Source: Eledone cirrhosa
Lineage: Eukaryota
DNA length: 64,000 nucleotides
Assembly: GCA_964016885.1 (NCBI GenBank)
Contig: OZ024740.1
Coordinates: forward strand, 305,908,001-305,972,000
Reading direction: 5' to 3'
The position numbers and the translations under genes are program-made. This document shows, one piece after another, positions 41,720-54,232 of this stretch (positions within the stretch are counted from its first letter, which is position 1; every line of letters begins with the position of its first letter). Below the pieces are notes generated by a model. That model ran no database searches. It was not told the DNA's origin and saw only the letters and a list, made by a program, of their open reading frames with translations.

Positions 41720-42450
41720 CGTGGCATATTGAGCAACTGTCATATATATCTTTGGGTCACCCTATACCTTGTGAGTGAAACTGGACACTCTCGGGTCTCG
41801 AATAATCGCTCCCACCCTGCTTATTAATTTTTCAGATTTTTTCTACCACCCCGCTCTTATTAAATATTGCTAATCTATCTTCGGTGAAATTTTATTTTAA
41901 GTGGTAGCATTCCTGCCACAATTTTCTGTAGACATTAAAAATATTATACACGACAAAAAAAAGAACATTACTAGAAATCCCATGTTAAAAATAAATAGGA
42001 TGGGTTTGAGTCTCAATAAGTAAACTAAACGACTAATTCTGTTGTTTTTTTTTAATCAATGGAGACACCTAGAAAAATTACTGATTTTTCAACCCCCACC
42101 CCACCCCTCCGCACTTACTCCAACTCCCCCTATTATTTGGGACTCAAGAATACACGAAAACTGTTTGGTAGCCCCTAGGATGGACTGTTACCTATAATTC
42201 AAAGGGTCATCCTTGTCACACACTGTCACACTGAATCTCCTTGAAAATTATGTTGAGGGTGCAAGTTTTTATGGAAAGCTCAGCCACTTACAAGTTAATT
42301 TAATTAGCAGGCTGTTCCATTGATCGAATAACTGGAACACTTATGGTCGAAATCGGTGGAGGTCCAATCTTCCTTCCCAACAGAGGGGGTTCGTGACTTG
42401 AGGGAAATTTAGTTGCTATTTCAAGAAAGTCAAGCAGCCTCGTAAAAGCT
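41720..42450 (+). mobile_element. Second-family SINE interrupted by a MITE
   Basis: 'ccttgtgagtgaaactgga | cacgaaaactgtttgg' rejoins across 41786-42152; homologous (reverse) to 58060-58345. Confidence 0.7.
41786..42152. mobile_element. MITE with ~21-bp imperfect TIRs
   Basis: cactctcgggtctcgaataat / attatttgggactcaagaata; a second left end lies at 27995-28110. Confidence 0.7.
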
Positions 42451-42539
42451 GTTACTGCTGTCGTTGATGTTGTTGTAGCTGCTGCTGTTGGGGGTTAGGG
42501 TTTAGTTGTAGTTGTTACTGCTTTTGTTGTTGTTGTTGT

Positions 42540-42720
42540 TGGATTGACAGTATCGGTAGAGCGTCAGACATGCTTTGCAGCATAGAGTTATGGCCCTTTG
42601 CGTTCTGAGATCAGAACCGAGGTTAACTTTGCCTCTAATTCTTACGGGTTTGATAAAATAAAGTACCAGTAATGCACTAGGGTAATTGCTGGCCTTGTGC
42701 CAAACATAGAAACAGTTATT
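42540..42720 (+). mobile_element. tRNA-derived octopod SINE
   Basis: Matches consensus with small deletions. Confidence 0.8.
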
Positions 42721-43023
42721 ATAGCTGATGTTGTTTTATTGCTACTGGAGTTGTTGTTGTTGCTGCTGTTGTTGCTACTGTTACTATTGCTGTTGTTGCT
42801 GTTGTTGTTGCTGCTGTTGTTGTTCTTGTTGCTGCTGTTGTTGTTGTTGTTGTTGTTGTTGTTGCTACTGCTACCATTGCTCCTACTGCTGTTACTGTTG
42901 CTGCTGTTATTGTTGCTGCTGCCGTTGTTGCTGTTACTGTTGCTGTTGCTGTTTTATTGTCGTTGTCATTGTTGTTCTTGTTACTGTTATTGTTGCTGCT
43001 TCTACCGTTGTTGCTGCTGCTGC

Positions 43024-43066
<43 letters not shown>

Positions 43067-43364
43067 CTTCTTCTTCTTCTTCTTCTTCTTCTTCTTCTTC
43101 TTCTTCTTCTTCTTCTTCTTCTTCTTCTTCTTGCTGTCGCTGTTGTTGCCGTTTAGTTTACTAATACCCTGCAAGACTCTTTAGACACGCTTGATTGGAA
43201 GAGTGGGATCAGTGCAGATTAATCTAATGTGACCCTTACAACATTTACAAGGATTGATCCCCAGAATGAGAACTTGACACGTGTTCCTCCACCGCCGTCG
43301 TCCTAACAAACCACCAACACCCATAACAAAACATAACATCTTCTCTATTCGTTTCATTTTTTTT

Positions 43365-43380
43365 GTATGTGTGTATGTGA

Positions 43381-43462
<82 letters not shown>

Positions 43463-43483
43463 CTGTGTGTGTCTGTGTGTATC

Positions 43484-43519
<36 letters not shown>

Positions 43520-44002
43520 TGTGCATCTGTATCTGAAGGTGTACTTCTACGTCTGTGTATGTGTGCGTGTGTCTGTGTGTGTCTGTGTGTATCTGTGTGT
43601 GTGTGTGTATCTGTGTGTGTCTGTGTGTATCTGTGTGTGTGTGTCTGTGTCTGTGTGTGTGTGTATCTGTGTGTGTGTGTGTGTGTGTGTCTGTGTGTGC
43701 CTGTGCATCTGTATCTGAAGGTGTACTTCTACATTCTGTGTATGTGTGTGTGTGTGTGTGTATCTGTGTGTGTCTGTGTGTGTCTGTGCATCTGTATCTG
43801 AAAGTGTACTTCTATGTCTGTGTGTGTGTGTGTGTGTGTGTGTATCTGTGTGTGTCTCTGTGTATCTGTGTGTGTGTGTGTGTGTGTGTGTGTCTGTGTG
43901 TGTGTCTGTGTGTGTGTGTGTCTGTGTGTGTCTGTGTGTGTCTGTGTGTGTCTGTGCATCTGTATCTGAAAGTGTACTTCTATGTCTGTGTGTGTGTGTG
44001 TA

Positions 44003-44046
<44 letters not shown>

Positions 44047-44120
44047 TGTGTGTCTGTGTGTGTCTGTGCATCTGTATCTGAAGGTGTACTTCTATGTCTG
44101 TGTGTGTGTGTGTGTGTGTA

Positions 44121-44216
<96 letters not shown>

Positions 44217-44297
44217 TGTGTGTGTCTGTGTGTGTGTCTGTGTGTGTCTGTGCATCTGTATCTGAAGGTGTACTTCTATGTCTGTGTGTGTGTGTGT
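43365..44297. repeat. Compound minisatellite: six copies of a 31-bp core separated by variable (TG)n
   Basis: ctgtgcatctgtatctgaa(g/a)gtgtacttcta at ~43519, 43701, 43784, 43952, 44064 and 44248. Confidence 0.9.
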
Positions 44298-44372
44298 TAT
44301 GATGTGGTATAATTCATATTCTTCCTATTTGCTGCTCTTGTAGCTGTTGGGAAAATTGGTGTTTATTATTAC

Positions 44373-45125
44373 TGGGGCGGTGGATTGGCAGTATCGGTAG
44401 AGGGTCGGACGCCATGCTTTCCAGCGTAGTTACGTCCCTTTACCATCTGAGTTCAAATCCCGCCGAGGTTGACTTTGCCTTTCATCCTTACGGGGTCGAT
44501 AAAATAAAGTACCAGTAATGCACTGGTAATTGCTGGCCTTGTGCCTAAAGTAGAAACAATTATTACTGGGGCGGTGGATTGGCAGTATCGGTCGAGGGTC
44601 GGACGCCATGCTTTCCAGCATAGTTACGTCCCTTTACGATCTGAGTTCAAATCCCGCCGAGGTTAGCTTTGCCTTTCATCCTTACGGGGTCGATAAAATA
44701 AAATACCAGTAATGCACTGGGTAATTGCTGGCCTTGTGCCTAAAGTAGAAACAATTATTACTAAAAGAAATGAGGCCAATGGATTGTCACTATCGGTAGA
44801 AGGTCGGACGCCATGCTTTGCAGCATAGAGTTACGGCCCTTTACGTTCAGTGATCAAATCCTGCAGAGGTTAGCTTTGACTTTCATCATTACGGGGTCGA
44901 TAAAATAAAGTACCAGTCACGCACTGGGGTCGATTTAATCGACCCACCCCATAATGACTGGCCTTGTGCCTATATAAGAAACCATTATTACTAAAAGAAA
45001 TCATGGCTGTATCGGTAGATGGTCGCACGCTATGCTTTGCAGCATAGAGTTACGGCCTTTTACGGTCTGAGTTCAAATTCCGACGAGGTTAACTTTGCCT
45101 TTCAACCTTACGGGGTCGATAAAAT
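44373..45125 (+). mobile_element. Four head-to-tail octopod SINE copies
   Basis: Consensus repeated at ~44373, 44566, 44780 and 45003. Confidence 0.9.
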
Positions 45126-45169
45126 TGTGGAAGACCACAAATCAGAGTAGTACTCGATGCATGGTGAGA

Positions 45170-45259
<90 letters not shown>

Positions 45260-45340
45260 AAATGTACACGGAAACAACAAAGCAAACAGCAGAGTACAAG
45301 GAAAAAATATATTAGTTTAACGCTTAATATAGTAGGAAAA

Positions 45341-45385
45341 GAGTCTTTATGTTTCGGACTCTAGTCTTTCATCAGAACATAGAAT
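45341..45385 (-). ncRNA. Minimal hammerhead-like motif (degenerate) in a PLE 3' fragment
   Basis: Minus: CTGATGA aagac taga gtcc GAAAc ataaaga; flanks resemble 10140-10270. Confidence 0.6.
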
Positions 45386-45470
45386 AAGGAATAAAAGATG
45401 AAATAAAAAAAGAGAGAAAAGGAAAGAACGGAAAACAATTTTCCAGAAAAGGCACGTGTATATTCAGTCA

Positions 45471-45528
<58 letters not shown>

Positions 45529-45626
45529 AGTGAGTGTGTGTTATGCGTGTGTGTGTGTGTGTGTGTGTGTGGTGCGTCAGCATTGCCGCAGTCAAACGAG
45601 TAGAACCAGTAAAGAAACACACCCAG

Positions 45627-45691
<65 letters not shown>

Positions 45692-45839
45692 TAGATATAT
45701 TTTAGAAAGTCCTCACATGCAAGTTAGAAATATAGGGAAAAAAAGACAATATATTTTAATATTTTGGATTATAAAAAACCCTTTATCAAAGAAAAAGTGG
45801 AGATTGAGCTTAGCTTTGATCTACCCAGCTATGTGAAAA

Positions 45840-46950
45840 CGGGATGGCATTATAATATTTGCAGATTGGTAGTGTTATATTAACCATTTGGCGTCGTGCA
45901 TCTCTTGTCTATTGTTGGCAGAAGGATTAATTTTTTTTTAAAGGATATCCTTCTTAATCCTCAAATTTCCAATATTCCGTCATGTGGTTTTGGTGGAGAT
46001 TGTAATATGCTGCCTATGACATCTCTTCTAATATATTTTTTTAACGGAACAAGCATTTGTATGAATGTATTGTATAACTCGGATATGATTTCTTTCAAAC
46101 GGTACTTTTGACTTAAGATCTACTACATTTATTGTATGCTATGTAGTACACTACGTGAGTAAACATATGTCCACTTTTTGAGAGGACAGTGTTAGAGCAT
46201 ACCTTGTTTCCGTGTGTGGTCTCATTTCCAGACAGAGTTTTAAGGATTGTCTAGAATGCGCCATCTGTATATCTTTACGGATCGTTTGGCGTATTGCAGC
46301 ACTGTTTCTCTAATGAAAGTGCAATGGCTTAGTAAACAAGTGTTGTTGCTGTCTGGTAAAAGACGTTGGATAATTGTTTTTCCTTAGCCCCCTTGGAGCA
46401 GTAAGATGTTAGCGGCTATATGTCTTGCTTTGCTTTATCTGTTGTTTATACAATAGATTTGCTCTCGACCTCCTCGCAATAAAAAATTCAGGATGAAGAT
46501 GTTATCTGAAGAAGAATGTGCAGAAGTAATTGGTGTTATAGCCGCCTGTGCTCTAGCTGGTTCACATTTGTAATGTCTATTAAAACCTGATAGACATGAC
46601 CTTAGAGGTAGTCCCGATGTTTGTTTATATATGGAGTCACCAAACGTAGATGTACAAATAGTCAAATACTGCTAGTCTTCTGAGGACATAAAGCCGCAGC
46701 AATACAGGTTGCAAGAAATGCAGTCGACATGAGGTTGACTAGTGGGAGAACAGGTACAGAGATTCAGATAATTTAATCTGTTGATAATGTCGGTGGAGTA
46801 GATGACGTGTACAGGAAGGGTATGGATAATAGGTTTGCGGAGTTTCGACAGTGGTCAAGATATTATAAATAGGATCTTTCAACGGTAGAGACGACGGATC
46901 TAATAATTATATGGGCCCGGGTTTGTATGTCTTAATACAATGGTAGAAGA
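45840..46950 (-). pseudogene. Degenerate Penelope/Poseidon-type RT relic
   Basis: HTNPGPIIIRSVVS (cf. HKPG.PLRPIVS) and TFGDSIYKQTSGLPLRSCLSG (cf. F.G..Y.Q..G.PMGSPLS). Confidence 0.6.
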
Positions 46951-46988
46951 AGGGAAGTTCGCTATTTCTCGTAGTAAAATTTCATATA

Positions 46989-47209
46989 TCTCTATATATA
47001 TAAACGAAAATGCCTCTCTGTCTGTATGCAGGCGATGCATTTACACAGTTTCCATCCGCTGTTGTTCAAATTTGATACACAGATTATTTAGCTTCCGGAG
47101 CATGTCAACATATAGTTTAAATCTTTTATTTAAAGACGGCCATGTTGATGAGAGAGTTGGGGTTTTTATTTACAGTGGCAAAGCTTTGAACCCGGCAACG
47201 ACGGGCTAG
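46989..47209 (+). mobile_element. Non-autonomous Helitron
   Basis: a|TCtctatatatataaa start, hairpin cccggcaacgacggg, CTAG|t end. Confidence 0.8.
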
Positions 47210-47314
47210 TTTATAATATATGATATATAATATATGAAATTTGAAGTGTAGTTAAAAGGAAGGAGAAAATAAGTTAAGATGAACAAAGGATGTGTCAACC
47301 TATAATCTCTGCAT

Positions 47315-47682
47315 TAATAATTGTTTCTGATTTAAGCACAAGGAAGGAGGGAAAGTCGATTAAGTCGGGGGGATTTGAACTCAGACCGCAAATAGAGGGT
47401 CGGACACAATGCTTTGACGCATAGAGTTACGGCCCTTGTACTGGGTAATTGCTGGCCTTGTGCCCAAAGTAGAAACATTTATTTCTGCATTAATAATTGT
47501 TTCTACTTTTGGCACAAGGCCAGCAATTTCCCCAGTGCATTACAAGTACTTTATCTTATCGACCCTGTAAGGATAAAAGGCAAAGTTAACCTCGGCGGGA
47601 TTTGAACTCAGATCATAAAGGGGCGTAACTCTATGCTGCAAAGGATGGCGTCCGACCCTCTACCGATACTGCCAATCCACCT
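47315..47682 (-). mobile_element. Rearranged and full octopod SINE copies
   Basis: Full reverse copy at 47490-47682; scrambled pieces at 47315-47478. Confidence 0.8.
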
Positions 47683-47925
47683 TATTGATAATATAAAACG
47701 ATCAACTCTTGTCCAACCAGCAGTTTTCCAATCGAAGTTTTTCAACTGACTATAATATATGTGAAGGTGGTCGATTGGTAGACTGTCTGCCTCCCCACAC
47801 TCTCTGTATATATCGACAGTCGATCGATTTCGTCAAATCGGGACATTGGTCTTTCCAATTGTTAATGCTATATATCGGTCGCAACTCCAGGTAGAAGGAG
47901 CAACGTGAAATAAAGTGACTTGCCC

Positions 47926-48002
<77 letters not shown>

Positions 48003-48041
48003 ACACATATATAAATACATATATATGCATAAATACAGATA

Positions 48042-48180
<139 letters not shown>

Positions 48181-48324
48181 TATTTTCCGTTGTGTTGTAA
48201 TATAAATATTACACACAGTAGATTATCAGCTCACGTAGAGTTTGCTCGACGGTTCCAGTTGTAGTTCCAAAAGTAATCCGGAGAAAAATAGAAAGATTTG
48301 AATGGATACAGTTTAGTTGAAAGG

Positions 48325-48448
48325 AATTTATTGACACGTGTTTCTATAACAGTTACATAACCTAAAACAGCTATCTACAAACTTTTAGTTATGCAGACAT
48401 TCAATATTTCAATGTTATTATTTACTGTCATTTCATCAGAATAATATT
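48325..48448 (-). ncRNA. Type I hammerhead ribozyme with expanded stem II
   Basis: Minus: ttatt CTGATGA a atgacagt [~70 nt] actgttat a GAAAC acgt GTC aataa; stems I, II and III all pair. Confidence 0.75.
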
Positions 48449-49026
48449 ACTGAGGACCTATTTAGTTTTTATAGAGAATATTAGGAGGGAGGGGTGAAGT
48501 TGTTAGAAGAATAGTCGAAGGAGTGGTTTTTCGATAGCAGTGAGAATTCTTGGTGGCAGTGAGTAATTAGATTCCCATCTGTTGTTTTGACATTTTTTAT
48601 AGAATATATTATTGGTTATTTTTCTAAATCTATAGAAGGATTAGAGATAGTAAAGATATGCGTGGTTGGTTTTGTGTTTGCACTTAATTAACATTCAGAC
48701 TTAAATTTTTCTTTCAAGTGTACGTATCCTTTCACCCACGCATTCACACACAAATATATTTGCACACCTCTACAAAATACATATACTCACAATTCACATA
48801 TTCATACTTACATATATATACACATGCATACACATATATATACACACATGTATTCATGTACATACATACGCGCTCATGTGTATACATTTTCATACTCAAC
48901 TTATCTTTATATACACACGTATAGACACACACATATATACATACATACTCTAGTCCATGTGTACACACATACACATACTTACACATCCATATACACATAT
49001 ATACATACATATATACATATATATAC

Positions 49027-49117
<91 letters not shown>

Positions 49118-49432
49118 TACATATATATACATATACACATATATACATATACATATATATATAAGCACTTTAATACATGAATACACTTACATCTAACTAT
49201 ACACATCAAACATATATATATATTTACTTATTTATATACATTTTCACATATATATACATACTTATGGACGTTTTTAGACACATTCATTATCGCATATTTG
49301 CACCTATTCTCATCAGCATATCTTTTCATTATTAGTATGGTAATTTAAGGTTATTAATATATGTTGAGAAGAGATTGTTTTTATATTTTTCTAACTAGAT
49401 TAAGGTTTATATAGTTGGGGGATGTCCCTCTT

Positions 49433-51211
49433 TTATGTAATATTCGGCTTGTAGTGGGAAAAAAGGGTTTTAGTTCTGTGACGGCAGAATAATGTTCGTT
49501 CAATTCTGTTATTCAGCAGTTTCTTCTTGTGTGTGATTATGTAATAAATCTCAAGATTACACAATTTGCAGAAATTTTGGCTCCTGGAAAAGCTTTGGGT
49601 TTTAGCTAATTTTTCCCATTTTAGGGTAAACTTTTGGTCGCTATCCCTGAGCGTCCAAGCTTTTTCTGCTAAAGTTGTTACATTTCTTTGGCTCTGGTGT
49701 TTTATTGAGTAAGAATGCCTATACAATCGAGATTTAAACGATGTTGCCGTTGATCCCACGTAATACCACTCGTTGCCTCCGGATTTAATGGTACACTTAT
49801 AAATAATATTTTTTTCCAGGCAGTTATTGCCGAGGGGGCAGTTGTCAGGATAGGTGCAGTTACAGTTGTGTACGTTGGGTTTTCTCTGGAGTAGTATTGC
49901 GGACGAACTTAGGTGTGGTTTATTTATGTTCTGTAGTGTATTGTCTACTGTTTTTTTTGTGTTCTTTGTACTTAAGTTCTTAGTGTTTTCGTTTAACCTT
50001 CTAGTATTGATCTTTTTTATGTGTTGTTCAAGGTTTAACGCTGTAGAGTATGACAGTCTTATAGTGGTAGGGTTTAGGATTTTGTGGTATTTGTGTGATG
50101 TGGGAAAATGTCTTTTAATTATTTTAAAGAAGAGTACTGGTAAATTTGTACTAATGGAGCTATTGTATTCGGGGTTATACCATAAGTACTCTTTGCATCG
50201 CTTTCTATTAGTTTTGTTTGTTGGTTTACTGGTGTGCATACTATGGTAGTAAGTGTGGTTTGGTGTTGTGTTATTATATCTACCTATGTGGGATTTATTT
50301 TGGGTGTTTTGATTGTTCCCATCTATGTACTCTATTTTGTTGAGGTAGCCTGCTTTACTAAGGGCGTTATCGTAGTACTCGGCGTGTTCCTTAAATACTT
50401 GTATGTTAGAAGATCGACCCGAGATTCTAAAGGAAATATTTTTAGGGATAGATTTAATTATAGAGATGGGGTGGTTAGACCCAACATTTACGTATTTGAG
50501 ATTTTCATTCAATTTATGAAACGGTTTAATCAAACCAGAGTTTAAATTGAGTGTGACATCCAGGAAGTTAACTACTTTAAGGTTGTATTCATATGTTATA
50601 GTTAGTCCTATTTCGAGTAGTAGTTTTCTTATATCTTTGCGTAGTTTTTCTAGTTTTTGGTTATTAAGGTTTTTAGCTAGGAGGAGAACATCGTCGCGGT
50701 ATATTCCGCCGTGGAGATTGCTGAATTTTTCCTGGAGTCTAAAGGCGATAAATAACCCCACAATATCAGTTATTTCCGCCGAATCGTTAGAGCCCATTGT
50801 TATGTCAAAGTTAGAGGGTCTATCTTTACGTACCCAATAACTGTTCTCAAATTTGACTATAGTTTTCCTAGCTTCTAATATAATCTTAATTTCATCGTTT
50901 GTAAGGTCAGAGTTATCCTTAGCAAACTTAATGGCTCTATTCAAAGTTTCAGGTGATATCGATGAGTAATATTCATCGATATCAAACTGGATAAACTTAG
51001 ATTTATTCTTATTGCTAATGCTATTAAACCATCTTATTGCTTCTTGGGTCTTCCCCCATAGTTTAATGTTAACCTTAGCCTTAATTTGGGGGATGATTCT
51101 ATCTAAGATATATTTGCTTATTTTACCTATATCTGATTTAGAGGGGCAGGTTAATCTAATTTTAGGGTCATTATCAAAGTTTACCTTGTGGTCCTTAAGA
51201 TTGAAGGTGGG
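49433..51211 (-). CDS. Penelope-like element polyprotein: reverse transcriptase + GIY-YIG endonuclease (N-terminally truncated)
   Basis: [93 protein letters not shown]. The ORF's annotated Met lies in the (TA)n flank and is spurious. Confidence 0.93.
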   Translation of the reverse strand, partial: PTFNLKDHKVNFDNDPKIRLTCPSKSDIGKISKYILDRIIPQIKAKVNIKLWGKTQEAIRWFNSISNKNKSKFIQFDIDEYYSSISPETLNRAIKFAKDNSDLTNDEIKIILEARKTIVKFENSYWVRKDRPSNFDITMGSNDSAEITDIVGLFIAFRLQEKFSNLHGGIYRDDVLLLAKNLNNQKLEKLRKDIRKLLLEIGLTITYEYNLKVVNFLDVTLNLNSGLIKPFHKLNENLKYVNVGSNHPISIIKSIPKNISFRISGRSSNIQVFKEHAEYYDNALSKAGYLNKIEYIDGNNQNTQNKSHIGRYNNTTPNHTYYHSMHTSKPTNKTNRKRCKEYLWYNPEYNSSISTNLPVLFFKIIKRHFPTSHKYHKILNPTTIRLSYSTALNLEQHIKKINTRRLNENTKNLSTKNTKKTVDNTLQNINKPHLSSSAILLQRKPNVHNCNCTYPDNCPLGNNCLEKNIIYKCTIKSGGNEWYYVGSTATSFKSRLYRHSYSIKHQSQRNVTTLAEKAWTLRDSDQKFTLKWEKLAKTQSFSRSQNFCKLCNLEIYYIITHKKKLLNNRIERTLFCRHRTKTLFSHYKPNIT

Positions 51212-51297
51212 TACCGCCGGTAAGAGTGGTCCTGTATATATATATATATATATATCTGTATTTATGTATATATATGTATACATATATGTATTTATAA

Positions 51298-51355
<58 letters not shown>

Positions 51356-51362
<7 letters not shown>

Positions 51363-52078
51363 AATAAGGGCGCTGCGGAGTTGCAAATGGGTTACATATG
51401 AAAAAAGTTTGTCCTTCATCAGTGATCTTCCAACTATCATAGGCATTTCATCGCTTTAAAGACCATATACCTCCGGTTGGTGCGAGCAACGGCTAAAAAA
51501 AGTCGTTGGGACACGTAAATAAAGGGGACGCGAGGGTAAACAAACAAAATGGTGAAGCAACAGAAAGTGTGGAAGAGGGAGATAAGTCCCAGATTTCTAT
51601 GAATTTAAGTTCGGTGAAATCGTGAACGAGAGAATAAAGACCATCAAACCTGGTTGAAATGTGAGCAAGGAAGGAATTTCGCACAGGTCTAACGGGAGGA
51701 AGAAGGGGTCTGGTCTGCGAATTCGGTAAACATAAGTTCTGTGAAATCGTAGACGAGAGAGAAAAAATTCCGACCAGCTTGGCCGAGAATGTGAGAGAAA
51801 AGAATTACTCACAGGTCAAACGGGAAGAAAGAGGAGGGGGAGAGGTAGTGACAGAGAATGGGTGAGTGAAGGGTGAGGAAGAGGCTAACAGAGAGAGAGA
51901 GACTGCTAGAAAGGGTAAAGATACATAGAACGAAAAAGATGGTGTAGCAGCAGAGGAAAAAATATGTGTAAATATGATAATAAGGGCGCTGCGGAGTTGC
52001 AAATGGGTTACATATGAAAAAAGTTTGTCCTTCATCAGTGATCTTCCAACTATCATAGGCATTTCATCGCTTTAAAGA
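51356..52078 (-). mobile_element. Complete copy C of the non-coding retrozyme-like element with 107-bp direct terminal repeats (616-bp period)
   Basis: 51356-51462 equals 51972-52078; internal ~120-bp tandem duplication; (TA)n flanks; no credible ORF. Confidence 0.85.
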
Positions 52079-52100
52079 ATATATATATACATATATATAT

Positions 52101-52187
<87 letters not shown>

Positions 52188-52386
52188 TATTGACGTACAT
52201 CAATACTCATCTTTTTCCATTTATCCGAGGGTTCTAAACCCCATTATCAGACTAAAATTTCTTTAGTCAAAATACGGTGAAAGCTATTCTATTTTCTAAT
52301 TTCAAACCTGCTCACTGTTTCAAAACATACTTACTTGTCATATACATGTATATATGTGTGTGCTGTATGTATACATATAGTTTGAG

Positions 52387-52439
<53 letters not shown>

Positions 52440-52639
52440 TAGATAGATAGTTTGTAGTTGGGCATATGGCTAGAGAGCAGGTTGAAAGACGTACAGGCGC
52501 GAGTTACAGTAACTCCGCTAGCCAGAATGCAGCCGCATCTAAGTTCGTGTAAGTCAAGCACCGTTCACGTGTGACCGCATTGTGTGAAGATCTTAGACTG
52601 GGCGGGTGCGGAGAACCACGCCCCTTATATCATTAACAT

Positions 52640-52833
52640 CAGCAGCAGTACTACTCCATCACTGCCACCGACTCCATTACCACTATTACCAACATTACAA
52701 CGATCTTTACTACTTCTGTCCTTGCCAGCATTACCAGTACCACCTTCACTACCACCACCATCACCACCACAAACAACAACAACATCAACCCCCACCAGCA
52801 ACACCACTACCATCACCAACTTCATCAACAAAA

Positions 52834-52866
<33 letters not shown>

Positions 52867-52973
52867 GCTGTTGCTGTTGCTGCTGCTGCTACCACCGCCG
52901 ATATTACCATCGCCACCACGATACGACCACCACTACCACTACTACTAGTGCTGCTGCTGCTGCTACTACTACG

Positions 52974-53012
<39 letters not shown>

Positions 53013-53891
53013 TCTGCTACCACCGCCGCCGCCGCCGTCGCCACCACTACCACCACCACCACTACTACTACTACTGCTGCTGCTGCTGCTACCACCGCCA
53101 ACACCACCACCACGACCACCACCACCACCACCACCACTACTACTACTAATACTGCTGCTGCTGCTGCTGCTGCTACCACCGCCAACACCACCACCACCAC
53201 CACCACCACGACGACCACCACCACCACCACCACCACCACCACCACTACTACTACCACTACTACTACTATCACCACCACCACCACCACCACCACCACCACC
53301 ACCACCACCACTACTACTACCACTACTACTACTATCACCACCACCACCACCACCAACACCACCACCACCACCACCACCACCACCACCACCAACACCACTA
53401 CTACCACTACTACTACTATCACCACCACCACCACCACCACCACCACCACCACCACCAACACCACCACCACCACCACCACTACCACCACCACCACCACCAC
53501 CACCACCACCACTACTACTACCACTACTACTACTATCACCACCACCACCACCACCACCACTACTATTACAATAAGTAAGATATATAAAACACATCTCCCT
53601 CCCCCACCTTCCTCCTTTTTGTGATATTTATCTTTTTATATATTTATTTGTAAACTCAATGTGAGATAACGGGTTGAGGTGGGGAGGGGTGGGGAGGGGA
53701 GGCCTCTGTACTGCCCCTTGTCGTTATACTACCAACTACACTCACATACATACGCCACCATTCTACTTTCATTACAACCGCTGCCGACGCCGCCGCTCTC
53801 ACAATTACTGACCATTGCAGCCACTGACACCACTGCCACCATCATCATCATCTTCATCATCATCATCGTAGACAACATCACCATCATCATT

Positions 53892-53934
<43 letters not shown>

Positions 53935-53995
53935 ACATCATCACCATCGTCATCATCATCATCAACATCATCACCATCGTCATCATCATATTTGA

Positions 53996-54045
<50 letters not shown>

Positions 54046-54232
54046 ACATCACCACCATCGTCATCATCATCATCAACATCATCACCATCGACACCATCAC
54101 CATCGTCATCATCATCATCATCATTATCGTCATTATCATCATCATCATCATCATCATCGTCAAAAAAATCATGGCCACCACAATCACCAACATCAGCAGC
54201 ACCACCACCACTACCACCACCACCACCACCAT
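52640..54232. repeat. (ACC)/(ACT)/(GCT)/(ATC) triplet repeat field
   Basis: Direct reading; source of the poly-T/P/G/V/D/M ORFs. Confidence 0.95.

Noticed and set aside
43365-44297. CRISPR-like repeat-spacer array
   Set aside because: Spacers are variable-length (TG)n rather than unique sequence; eukaryotic context; no cas genes.
47719-47890. Possible exon (cag...ag|gtagaa); similar weak candidates at ~1491-1596, 29391-29512 and 30402-30517
   Set aside because: Weak splice signals or in-frame stops and no recognisable peptide.
48398-48440. Compact hammerhead using the first GAAA after CTGATGA (aatg/catt stem)
   Set aside because: It would need a UG cleavage site; the distal GAAAC-acgt-GTC gives fully paired stems.
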